The notes under the pieces were generated by a model that saw nothing but the letters and a program-made list of their open reading frames with translations, ran no database searches and had not been told where the DNA came from. DNA of 24,000 nucleotides from Coleofasciculaceae cyanobacterium (GTDB lineage Bacteria > Cyanobacteriota > Cyanobacteriia > Cyanobacteriales > Coleofasciculaceae), in contig JBAUJE010000237.1 in NCBI GenBank assembly GCA_049683475.1, positions 11,548 to 35,547 of the forward strand, in the 5' to 3' direction. A program made the translations under genes and the position numbers. Shown here piece by piece: positions 1 through 8,672 of the stretch. Position 1 is the stretch's first letter. Each line of letters begins with the position of its first letter.

Positions 1-1
1 G

Positions 2-124
2 TATGAACAAGCCTTAGAAATTGCTGAACGAAAACTAGGAGTTAAGCATCCCCATACAAATATTATCCGTAAGAATCTGCTCAGTTTAGGGCAGAAGGTA
101 AAGGGCAGAGGACAGAGGGTATAG
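2..124 (+). CDS. C-terminal end of a tetratricopeptide-repeat protein (partial, starts upstream of window)
   Basis: Frame starting at base 2 reads YEQALEIAERKLGVKHPHTNIIRKNLLSLGQKVKGRGQRV*, with stop TAG at 122-124. It resembles kinesin-light-chain-type TPRs (YEQALEI.E..LG..HP.T). Confidence 0.72.
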   Translation, partial: YEQALEIAERKLGVKHPHTNIIRKNLLSLGQKVKGRGQRV

Positions 125-160
125 GGCAAAAGTAATTATCAAGAGAGTAGAAAAATAACT

Positions 161-225
161 GTAGGGTGGGCAAGTTCAACTGATGATAGCATCAGCTTCT
201 CGACCTAGATTCTTGCCCACCCTAC
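161..225. repeat. Perfect 14-bp inverted repeat with a nested hairpin, between convergent genes
   Basis: GTAGGGTGGGCAAG (161-174) and CTTGCCCACCCTAC (212-225). Nested CTGATG-ATAG-CATCAG at 180-195. Confidence 0.85.
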
Positions 226-267
226 CCGCTTCTCCGCGTCCCCGCTTCTCCGTGTCCCCGCGTCTCC
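225..267. repeat. Short 16-bp tandem repeat, about 2.7 copies
   Basis: CCCGCTTCTCCGCGTC (225-240), CCCGCTTCTCCGTGTC (241-256), CCCGCGTCTCC (257-267). Confidence 0.8.
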
Positions 268-271
268 TTCT

Positions 272-2494
272 TCAATTCTTCACCAACTGCTTATCCCCAG
301 AATACTTAGCCACCATCTTGGAAACTTCCGGATTATACAACCGCAGATAATTCCAATAATTACCAAACACCGTCTCTACATAACCTTTTGTTTCTGGGAA
401 AGGAATTTGTTCAATAAAAGCATCAGGATCGGTAAAGCCATATTTTGCTACCCACTTAGCCACATTACCCGGACCTGCATTATAACTAGCCACAGCTAAT
501 AAAGAGTTGTCGCTGTATTCCTGGTGAGTATGGTCTAAATACCAGGTTCCTAATCTAATATTGTCGTTGGGGTCTTCCATGCTGTACTCAGTCAGGTCAA
601 TTTTCTGAGCAACCCATTTGGCTGTTCCTGGCATTACTTGCATTAAACCAGTAGCGCCAGCAACGGAGCGGATTTTTGCCTCAAACCGAGACTCTTGCCG
701 AATTAAACCTGTCACCAGTAAGGGATTAAGCTGATTCTGACTAGACCAATAAGCAACTTGCTCGAAAAAGGGAAAAGGAAATAAAGCATGCCAGTAAGCT
801 GGTTCTTCCCGTAGCTTTTTCCATTCTTCTTGCTCTTCTGGTGTATCTCGCCGACTCAAATACCAGATTTGATTAATACCTTTAAGATTGTCCCCTACTC
901 CTAAGCGCATTAGACCGTCGGTAAATTGTTCGGCTACAGTCAGCTCTTGGGGGTTCTTGATTTCCATCTGCCAAAGGGCCCAGACATCTCTATCCTGACC
1001 AAGTTGGTAGAGTTCTTTTAATGCGGCAGAGCCAGCAGGTGGTATTGATCTTCCTTTAGCTTGTACAATTTCTGGTGTCAAATAACGTACTGTATTAAAG
1101 TCTCCCACATCCCAGCCCAAAAAACGGGCAGAGCGCCAAGCATAAAAAGATTCTGGATAGGTTGCCAGGACGTGTTCAAAGGCAGCTTGAGCCTCCTTCT
1201 GGCGATCAATCTCAAGAGCCCATCTCCCTACCCAAAAGGCAGCTTCGGGAGCTAAAGAACTATCGGGAGCATCAGTAGTAATGGGTTGAGCCCATTTCCA
1301 TGCTTCTTCAAACTTACCCTCAGCGGCTTTACGTTCAGCCACCTGCCAGCGATACTGAGCAGCAGCATCTGATTGAGGATATTGGCTTAAGACCGATTGA
1401 CGAGCTTGGCCTGCTGATTTACCACTGCCTAAAGCATCAAGAATTTTTGCTTTTGCCAGTAAAGCTTCCGGTGCTTCGTTGGGAAAGTTGTTAATTACCT
1501 GGTCAAGATAAACCAGAGCATCCTCTGACTTAGACAAACTAGCTAAATGCTTAGTGCCAAGCCCAGTTTCTTTGGCATTGGGAAATTGATTAATCAGCTT
1601 TTGGTAAGCAGTTCTGGCTTCTGCCCTTTTGCCTTTGAGGTGAAAACCTCTGCCAGTACGATAGGCATTACGGGCAGTTAAGGGAGACTTAGCATAGGCT
1701 TGAGCAGCTTTCCCGTATTCCCAAGTATCCCAGTAACCAGTGGCAATTACTTCCCAATCTTGTGGTGTGAGTTGGGAGGCAAAATTAGCCATTAAGCGAT
1801 CGCGCACACCACTCATTCCTTCTGCGTTGGGCGTATACTTAGCTAGCAGCATCAGCAAGGGAAGCTGATTAGGTTTCTCTTTGAGCTTTTGTCTAACAAT
1901 TTCCTGGGTGCGGGGATGATTGGGGAACTGAGCAATCAACTGACTCCAGTAATCGGGGTTTGATTTGCCCAAGACATAGAGGGCTTCCCCTGCTACTGGC
2001 TGTTGAGGGTATTTTTCAAGGATATTTTTCCAGGCTGCTTCTGCTTTGGCCTGATCTTCTATTTTTTCATAGGCTTGGGCGCGTTTGAGGGCAATTTGGG
2101 GCGCTAAGATTTGGTAGTCCGATTCCAGCCCTTCCAACCACTTGAGTGCAGCTTCTTCTTGATTTTGTTCAATCAAGTCTGAGGCTAAAAGATAACGGGC
2201 ACGATATTTATCGAGAGAATTAGAGCCAGATAGGAGAGAACCAACTATTTCTCCTTTGGCTGCAGCTTCTAGCTGGGATGCCCTTTGCTGGGGGGGCAGC
2301 GATACTAAGGGTAAAACTGCAGATTTTCCCTCCTTCTGGGTTAGGTTTGATAGATTTTCCGCTTTTTCTTGACCCGTCAACTTGGCAAATACACCAGTCA
2401 TTCTCATCGCCAAGACTGATGAGCCAACCAGCGCAGGCACTAGTATCATTGCGCCTACTGCCACAGGAATTTTCTTTTTCCGTCCCTTTAGCAT
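272..2494 (-). CDS. Soluble lytic murein transglycosylase (Slt70/GH23-like)
   Basis: 740 aa ORF with N-terminal membrane/signal segment, TPR-like alpha-helical repeats, and C-terminal SLT domain GLIRQESRFEAKIRSVAGATGLMQVMPGTAKWVA...YNAGPGNVAKW. Confidence 0.93.
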   Translation of the reverse strand: MLKGRKKKIPVAVGAMILVPALVGSSVLAMRMTGVFAKLTGQEKAENLSNLTQKEGKSAVLPLVSLPPQQRASQLEAAAKGEIVGSLLSGSNSLDKYRARYLLASDLIEQNQEEAALKWLEGLESDYQILAPQIALKRAQAYEKIEDQAKAEAAWKNILEKYPQQPVAGEALYVLGKSNPDYWSQLIAQFPNHPRTQEIVRQKLKEKPNQLPLLMLLAKYTPNAEGMSGVRDRLMANFASQLTPQDWEVIATGYWDTWEYGKAAQAYAKSPLTARNAYRTGRGFHLKGKRAEARTAYQKLINQFPNAKETGLGTKHLASLSKSEDALVYLDQVINNFPNEAPEALLAKAKILDALGSGKSAGQARQSVLSQYPQSDAAAQYRWQVAERKAAEGKFEEAWKWAQPITTDAPDSSLAPEAAFWVGRWALEIDRQKEAQAAFEHVLATYPESFYAWRSARFLGWDVGDFNTVRYLTPEIVQAKGRSIPPAGSAALKELYQLGQDRDVWALWQMEIKNPQELTVAEQFTDGLMRLGVGDNLKGINQIWYLSRRDTPEEQEEWKKLREEPAYWHALFPFPFFEQVAYWSSQNQLNPLLVTGLIRQESRFEAKIRSVAGATGLMQVMPGTAKWVAQKIDLTEYSMEDPNDNIRLGTWYLDHTHQEYSDNSLLAVASYNAGPGNVAKWVAKYGFTDPDAFIEQIPFPETKGYVETVFGNYWNYLRLYNPEVSKMVAKYSGDKQLVKN

Positions 2495-2696
2495 GAATCC
2501 TCAGTTTACGCAACAATGGCAAAATTTTTAACTTAGTAAAAGCTGATTTCAGCTTAATTATCCTTAAATATTCAAATCATCTTTATTCTGCGACTGATCT
2601 TAGCGTCCTTTGCCCCAAGATAGCCCTGGGTATTTCTTTTTTTTGAGCAATACTGATAATTAGATACTTATATGGATTGGAAAGATAGAACGAGTA

Positions 2697-4175
2697 ATGG
2701 AAATTCGAGCAACGGATACCCCACGTATAGACTGGACTGGTGATGCCCTAGCAGTTGGCTTATTTGAGGAAGAGGAAGAGATAACTGGTGATTTAGCCCA
2801 GCTAGATGAGAAGCTTGCCGGTGCTATTAAAGAGCTAATTGAAGAAGCAGAATTTAAAGGTAAAGTTGGCAGCAGCGCTGCCTGTCGGGTGGGTGGCGGT
2901 AGCTCGATCCGTAAAATTATCTTGGTAGGGCTAGGTAAATCAGAAGCCCTGAGTTTAAATAGCGTCCGTAATGCTGCTGCTGCGATCGCTCGACTGGCAA
3001 AGCGGGAAAAGAGCAAAACTTTGGCTATCAGTTTACCAGTGGTTAATGAAGATCTGGCAGCTACAGCACAAGTAATTACGGAAGGCTTGCTGTTGGCGCT
3101 GCACGTTGATAATCGCTTTAAAAGTGATCCAGAAGATAAGGTAACCAAGCTACAAACCGTTGATTTATTAGGCTTGCCAAGCCAGGAAGCCGCCATTACT
3201 AAGGGTAGACAAATTGCTGATGGTGTGATTCTAGCCAGAGAGCTAGTAGCTGCACCAGCTAATACAGTGACGGCGATAACCCTAGCTCAAACAGCCGAAG
3301 AAATTGCCTCCCAGCATGGTCTTTCTCTAGAAATTTTAGAAAAGGAAGAGTGCCAAAAGCTTGGTATGGGTGCTTTTCTAGGAGTTGCCCAAGCTTCAGA
3401 CTTACCACCAAAATTTATTCATTTGACCTATAAACCAGAGGGTACACCTCGCCGTAAATTAGCGATTGTAGGTAAAGGGCTAACTTTTGACTCTGGTGGC
3501 TTGAACATCAAAGGTGCTGGCAGTGGCATTGAAACCATGAAAATGGATATGGGTGGTGCTGCGGCTACTTTAGGTGCTGCCAAGGCAATTGGTCAGTTGA
3601 AGCCAGATGTCGAGGTTCACTTCATCAGTGCGGCAACGGAAAATATGATCAGTGGTCATGCCATGCATCCGGGGGACATTCTCACGGCATCCAATGGTAA
3701 GACGATTGAAGTTAATAACACCGATGCCGAAGGAAGACTAACCTTAGCAGATGCCCTAGTCTTTGCAGAAAAACAGGAAGTAGATGCCATTGTTGACTTA
3801 GCTACCTTAACTGGTGCTTGTGTTGTTGCCCTAGGCAATGATATTTCTGGTATGTGGTCAACTGATGACTCTTTAGCTTCCCAACTTAAAACGGCTTCTG
3901 AAGCTGCTGGTGAAAAATTCTGGCAGATGCCGATGGAAGAGAAGTATTTTGATGGTCTTAAGTCGCCAATTGCTGATATGAAGAATACTGGGCCTCGTGC
4001 AGGGGGTTCAATTACTGCGGCCCTATTCTTAAAGCAGTTTGTTAAAGAAACCCCTTGGGTTCATTTAGATATTGCTGGGCCAGTTTGGGCTGATAAGGAA
4101 AATGGTGTTGTCAACGCCGGTGCTACTGGTTTCCCTGTTCGTACCCTTGTTAACTGGGTTTTAGGTGAAGCTTAG
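2697..4175 (+). CDS. pepA: Leucyl aminopeptidase (M17 family)
   Basis: 492 aa. Contains M17 signature [14 protein letters not shown] and metal-binding region [14 protein letters not shown]...[12 protein letters not shown] at 2697. Confidence 0.96.
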   Translation: MEIRATDTPRIDWTGDALAVGLFEEEEEITGDLAQLDEKLAGAIKELIEEAEFKGKVGSSAACRVGGGSSIRKIILVGLGKSEALSLNSVRNAAAAIARLAKREKSKTLAISLPVVNEDLAATAQVITEGLLLALHVDNRFKSDPEDKVTKLQTVDLLGLPSQEAAITKGRQIADGVILARELVAAPANTVTAITLAQTAEEIASQHGLSLEILEKEECQKLGMGAFLGVAQASDLPPKFIHLTYKPEGTPRRKLAIVGKGLTFDSGGLNIKGAGSGIETMKMDMGGAAATLGAAKAIGQLKPDVEVHFISAATENMISGHAMHPGDILTASNGKTIEVNNTDAEGRLTLADALVFAEKQEVDAIVDLATLTGACVVALGNDISGMWSTDDSLASQLKTASEAAGEKFWQMPMEEKYFDGLKSPIADMKNTGPRAGGSITAALFLKQFVKETPWVHLDIAGPVWADKENGVVNAGATGFPVRTLVNWVLGEA

Positions 4176-4187
4176 TTTTAGTTGATG

Positions 4188-4292
4188 AGGGGATGGGAAG
4201 CTGGGAGAGATGGAGTTTGAGTTCCTCGTTGTTTATCGCATTAATTTCGACGTGTTATTATCTCTGCGCGTCCCCAAGTCTTCCCATCCCCT
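4188..4292. repeat. Long inverted repeat in the convergent pepA/hypothetical spacer
   Basis: AGGGGATGGGAAG (4188-4200) and CTTCCCATCCCCT (4280-4292), 13 bp perfect. Additional inner pairings TGGG/CCCA (4202-4205/4273-4276) and AGAGA/TCTCT (4206-4210/4261-4265). Confidence 0.75.
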
Positions 4293-4303
4293 TCAGAGAT
4301 AAT

Positions 4304-4681
4304 TCATAGCATGACAGTTTTCTCTGATTCTTCATCTGCCAGGGTAAAAGTTAGTGGAGTGCTGTCATCTTGATGAAAGTTAAGGATGACTTCTTGGCTA
4401 TTGGTAACAGTACTAAGGCTATAGATGTCTTCTTTTGCTGATGTGACGTGTGTCACTAAGTTATACGTAACACCTTCGGGAACTTGTACATCGCAGGCTG
4501 GTTCTTCTCCGACTTGAATCCAATCCACATTAACACCGCCAATAGTATCTCGGCCTATCTGTAAAGCAACATCATCGTAGCCATAGGCAAAGTCTTGGTT
4601 GCCACTGCTGAGTTGATGACAACTTATTATTCTCTGACAAGCTGCTTGATAATTTTCAGCCTTAATGGGAGTTGATTTCAT
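4304..4681 (-). CDS. Hypothetical protein (125 aa)
   Basis: ORF with plausible composition between convergent and co-directional genes. No recognised domain. Confidence 0.7.
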   Translation of the reverse strand: MKSTPIKAENYQAACQRIISCHQLSSGNQDFAYGYDDVALQIGRDTIGGVNVDWIQVGEEPACDVQVPEGVTYNLVTHVTSAKEDIYSLSTVTNSQEVILNFHQDDSTPLTFTLADEESEKTVML

Positions 4682-4947
4682 CTTGCATCCCTTTCCGTAA
4701 AGTTAGTTGCCCTGTGAAATTTGCAAGCATTTGCCTGAATCCACAGAGCTAACAATTTAACGGAAAAGTAGTGATGTTCCTAGATGTTGTAGGCTAATTT
4801 AACTAATTTTTTAAATTACTTGATGCCTTTGTAAGAAATTGATAAAGTCGGCTTTCAATTTCTTAATTAATTCTTTAAATTAGCTGCCATTTGATAAAGG
4901 ATTGATGAAGAAATGAAAATGAAAGAATTTCCACTTTTCCATACCAA

Positions 4948-6036
4948 TCACTTCCATTCCGGATGAGTGGCTTCCTGGGAATAAGCACCCATTGTATTAA
5001 TCAAGGCAATCAGCTCATAGAGACGACCTAAGTCTCTACGATTAAAATACAAAACTAAGCGAGGCAGTTCGGCAGTTTCGTCGTGAGTTTCTTGCGGTAA
5101 TATACGGCTTTTTTCAATTTTACCTTTAACTAATAAGTCACTAAAATTCTGATTGAGATACTCTAGATTAGCTTCCGATAATTCAGATTTGAGACGAACG
5201 ACAAACTGCTCACCTACATAGCGGCTAGAGTGATAAACTCGGTAAAAGCTATTAATAGCTTCACAAGCTACATCTAAGTTATCGGTAACTGTATAAAGAC
5301 TTGAATCTTCTGGACTAACTAAACCAGCTTCGATTAAGTTTTTGCGGATATAGGCATCCCATTCTTGCCAGTAGGTGCCGCCTTGTTTATCAATTAAAAC
5401 TAAGGGTATTGGACCTGATCTTCCTGTCTGGCAAAGGGTTAGACACTCAAAAGCTTCATCTTGAGTCCCAAAACCACCAGGAAAAAGAGCGATCGCATCA
5501 CTTTCTTTCAAGAAAAATAGCTTGCGTGTGAAGAAATACTTGAAGTTAATTAGCTTAGGATCACCTTCAATAAAAGAATTTGCCCCTTGCTCAAAGGGCA
5601 GTGTAATATTCAAACCAAAGGAATTTTCAGATCCAGCACCTTCATGGCCAGCTTCCATGATGCCGCCACCGGCACCTGTCATAACCATGAACCCTTGTTG
5701 CACTAAATGGCGGGCAAATTCAGCTGCTAGTTTATACTCAGGGGTATCGCTTCCTATTCGTGCTGAGCCAAAAATTGTTACTTTCCGAACATGTCGGTAG
5801 GGATAAAAAATTTGAAACCCCTTCTCCATATCTTCTAGAGAAGCTGTCAAAATCTTCCAGTCTAAGCGCTCAATGTCCTCCCCGACCAATCTTATCAGCA
5901 CAGCTAACGCTCTTTTAATCCATTTCCCATGTTCTAGAGTGGGCAACTGCTCAAGTAGGACGGATAAATCTTTTTCAAGGGAATTGAGTTCATGCTCAGA
6001 AGGAGATAGAGTCATAGTTTCATAAACCGTTGGCAC
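4948..6036 (-). CDS. LOG / TIGR00730-like Rossmann-fold protein with an N-terminal extension
   Basis: 362 aa. Contains VTIFGSARI, GAGGGIMEAGHEGA and PGGFGTQDEAFE, matching the LOG/lysine-decarboxylase-like PGGxGTxxE motif. Confidence 0.88.
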   Translation of the reverse strand: MPTVYETMTLSPSEHELNSLEKDLSVLLEQLPTLEHGKWIKRALAVLIRLVGEDIERLDWKILTASLEDMEKGFQIFYPYRHVRKVTIFGSARIGSDTPEYKLAAEFARHLVQQGFMVMTGAGGGIMEAGHEGAGSENSFGLNITLPFEQGANSFIEGDPKLINFKYFFTRKLFFLKESDAIALFPGGFGTQDEAFECLTLCQTGRSGPIPLVLIDKQGGTYWQEWDAYIRKNLIEAGLVSPEDSSLYTVTDNLDVACEAINSFYRVYHSSRYVGEQFVVRLKSELSEANLEYLNQNFSDLLVKGKIEKSRILPQETHDETAELPRLVLYFNRRDLGRLYELIALINTMGAYSQEATHPEWK

Positions 6037-6082
6037 TCTATTCTACCGAGATTCTTCTCAGCCCGGTAGTATTTTCTCCTTT

Positions 6083-6239
6083 AAGGATGTATCGCTCTTG
6101 CAAAAACTTATTCCTGAAGTCAGAGGTAAATTTATTTTCGTTATATTAAGCTTTCTGCAAAGAAAATACTATTTATAGTAAGGATGTATCACTCTTGCAA
6201 GAACTCCGCCCTGAAGTCAAAGGTAAGTTTATCTTCGTA
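6083..6239 (+). repeat. Imperfect direct duplication of the start region of the downstream GH-like/GT2 gene
   Basis: 6083-6142 AAGGATGTATCGCTCTTGCAAAAACTTATTCCTGAAGTCAGAGGTAAATTTATTTTCGTT aligns without gaps to 6180-6239 AAGGATGTATCACTCTTGCAAGAACTCCGCCCTGAAGTCAAAGGTAAGTTTATCTTCGTA, 50/60 identical. Offset is 97 bp. Confidence 0.9.
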
Positions 6240-8672
6240 GGCGAAGATAAGCTATACATTAAAGGTGTGACCTACGGGACGTTTAGCCCTAATAGTAGTG
6301 ATGAGTCCTATCCTGCACCAGATGTAGTTGCCCAAGATTTTGCTCAGATGGCAGCTAACGGCATAAATGCGGTGCGAACCTACACACCTCCTCCAACATG
6401 GCTTCTCGATCTTGCCTACAACTCCAATCTCTGGGTCATGGTAGGGTTGCCTTGGGAACAACATATTGCTTTCCTTGAAGACAAAAATCGCATCCGAGAA
6501 ATTATTGAGGACAGAATCCTGGCTGGGGTGCGTACCTGTGCCGGACATCCGGCTGTCCTCTGTTACGCTGTCGGCAACGAGATTCCTGCACCCATTGCTC
6601 GCTGGTACGGCAGGTGTCGTATTCAACGCTTCCTCGAACAGCTTTATCAGTCTGTCAAGGCTGAGGACTCTCAAAGTTTGGTGACTTATGTAAACTACCC
6701 CAGCACCGAGTATTTGCACCTTTCTTTTGTTGACTTTATCTGTTTCAACGTCTATCTCGAATCAAAGGAGCGCTTAGAAGCCTATCTTGCCCGTCTGCAA
6801 AACCTTGCCGGAGACCTTCCCTTGGTGATGGCTGAGATTGGACTTGATAGTCTCAGGAACGGAGAAGCCGTTCAGGCAGAAACCCTAGATTGGCAAATCC
6901 GCACCATCTTTGCATCTGGCTGTGCGGGCTGTTTTATTTTTGCCTGGACAGATGAATGGTATCGAGGAGGCACCGAGATCGAAGACTGGGATTTTGGTCT
7001 GACTGACCGGAAACGGCAACCCAAACTAGCCCTTGATACCGTTCGCCAAGCCTTTGCCACAGTCCCCTTTTCTGAAAATCTATCTTGGCCCCGCGTTTCT
7101 GTCGTTGTCTGTTCCTACAATGGTGCCAAGACGATACGCGATACCCTAGAGGCTCTCCAAAAACTTAAGTATTCTGATTACGAAGTGATTGTGGTTGACG
7201 ATGGCTCTACTGATGGTGTGACAGCCATTGCTAAAGAGTACGAGGTTCTGGTTATTACCCACCGCAAGAATCAAGGATTAAGCTGCGCTCGTAATACGGG
7301 TCTAGAGGCAGCAACAGGAAGCATTGTTGCTTACATTGACGACGACGCTTATCCAGATCCCCACTGGCTCACCTACCTCGTTGCCACCTTTCTCAACGGT
7401 GACTACGCTGGAGTGGGCGGCCCGAATCTTCCTCCTGCCAATAATGGTTTAGTTGCAGATTGTGTTGCCAATGCTCCGGGTGGACCGATACATGTTCTGC
7501 TTTCTGACCAAGAGGCAGAGCACATTCCCGGTTGCAATATGGCCTATTGGAAGAGCCATCTTCAAGCGATCGGCGGGTTTGACCCTCGGTTTCGGGCAGC
7601 AGGAGATGATGTTGATATCTGTTGGCGGTTACAGGAGGAGGGTTGGAAGCTAGGGTTTAGTCCTGCTGCTGTTGTTTGGCATCATCGCCGCAATTCTATA
7701 AGACTTTACTGGAAACAGCAAAAGGGGTACGGCAAAGCAGAAGCTCTGCTAGAAAGCAAATGGCCACAAAAGTACAACGCCGTTGGTCATGTTAGCTGGT
7801 CGGGGCGACTTTATGGTCAAGGAATAGTACAAATGCTTGATTGGCGCTCAAGCCGAATCTATCACGGCACTTGGGGTAGCGCACTCTTTCAATCTGTGTA
7901 TCAGCCCGTGCCAAATACAGTAAGTACACTGCCCCTAATGCCCGAATGGTATCTTGTCATTTTGGTACTCGCAGGTCTATCTAGCCTAGCAGTCTTCTGG
8001 AAACCATTAATTGTTTTTATTCCCTGCCTTTTAATCGCCTTGACTGCACCCATTGTGCAAGCGATTTTAAGTGCTGCCAAGGCCTCTTTCACAGTGCCGA
8101 TAAAGTCTCGTGTTGACCGCTTTAAACTCTATAGCTTGACAGCTTTACTTTATCTACTTCAACCCTTAGCCCGTTTATGGGGTCGGCTTGATAACGGACT
8201 CACTCCCTGGCGAAAGCGTGGTGCCACCTTTTTCAAATTTCCTAGTCCTCGGCACGACACCATCTGGAGCGAATTTTGGCATCCCCCTGAGAAGCGCCTG
8301 GTAATTTTAAATGATGGCCTTCACAAACAAGGTGTGGTTGCCATGTCTGGAAGCGATTTTGATCGCTGGGATCTAGAGATTAGGGGGGGGTTATTTGGCT
8401 CTGTCCGAGTTCTTATGGCTGTCGAAGAGCATGGTCAAGGCAAACAGCTAGTAAGATTCCGCTCTTGGCCGAGGATTAATTTTTCTATTCTGATTATTAC
8501 CTTTGCTTTGACAACTCTCTCAATTACGGCAGCCTTCGACCAAGCGACCGTTGTCTCGATTATTCTTGGATCATCTGCTGGACTGCTAGCGCTTTTCATA
8601 CTTCAAGATTGCGCTACTGCTAACGCTTCCTATTTTCATGCCCTTGAACAAGTCCAAGCAGGAGAACCTTGA
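6195..8672 (+). CDS. Multidomain protein: N-terminal TIM-barrel glycosidase-like domain fused to family 2 glycosyltransferase and C-terminal membrane segments
   Basis: 825 aa with TTG start preceded by AAGGA at 6180-6184. Glycosidase-like residues in AVGNEIPAP and LVMAEIGLDS. GT2 core VSVVVCSYNGAKTIRDTLEAL, VDDGSTDG, YIDDDAYPDP, AGDDVDICWR. Hydrophobic segments follow from about residue 610. Confidence 0.88.
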   Translation: MQELRPEVKGKFIFVGEDKLYIKGVTYGTFSPNSSDESYPAPDVVAQDFAQMAANGINAVRTYTPPPTWLLDLAYNSNLWVMVGLPWEQHIAFLEDKNRIREIIEDRILAGVRTCAGHPAVLCYAVGNEIPAPIARWYGRCRIQRFLEQLYQSVKAEDSQSLVTYVNYPSTEYLHLSFVDFICFNVYLESKERLEAYLARLQNLAGDLPLVMAEIGLDSLRNGEAVQAETLDWQIRTIFASGCAGCFIFAWTDEWYRGGTEIEDWDFGLTDRKRQPKLALDTVRQAFATVPFSENLSWPRVSVVVCSYNGAKTIRDTLEALQKLKYSDYEVIVVDDGSTDGVTAIAKEYEVLVITHRKNQGLSCARNTGLEAATGSIVAYIDDDAYPDPHWLTYLVATFLNGDYAGVGGPNLPPANNGLVADCVANAPGGPIHVLLSDQEAEHIPGCNMAYWKSHLQAIGGFDPRFRAAGDDVDICWRLQEEGWKLGFSPAAVVWHHRRNSIRLYWKQQKGYGKAEALLESKWPQKYNAVGHVSWSGRLYGQGIVQMLDWRSSRIYHGTWGSALFQSVYQPVPNTVSTLPLMPEWYLVILVLAGLSSLAVFWKPLIVFIPCLLIALTAPIVQAILSAAKASFTVPIKSRVDRFKLYSLTALLYLLQPLARLWGRLDNGLTPWRKRGATFFKFPSPRHDTIWSEFWHPPEKRLVILNDGLHKQGVVAMSGSDFDRWDLEIRGGLFGSVRVLMAVEEHGQGKQLVRFRSWPRINFSILIITFALTTLSITAAFDQATVVSIILGSSAGLLALFILQDCATANASYFHALEQVQAGEP

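Noticed and set aside
225-267. Possible CRISPR-like array
   Set aside because: The units are directly abutting 16-mers with no spacers, so this is a simple tandem repeat. No cas genes or other repeat-spacer arrays occur in the window.
2660-3196. 178 aa reverse-strand ORF opposite pepA
   Set aside because: Shadow ORF with low-complexity Ser/Ala composition, fully covered by the strongly supported pepA reading frame.
6184-6186. ATG as the start of the GH-like/GT2 fusion gene
   Set aside because: It is 11 bp upstream of TTG 6195 and out of frame with the 825-codon ORF.
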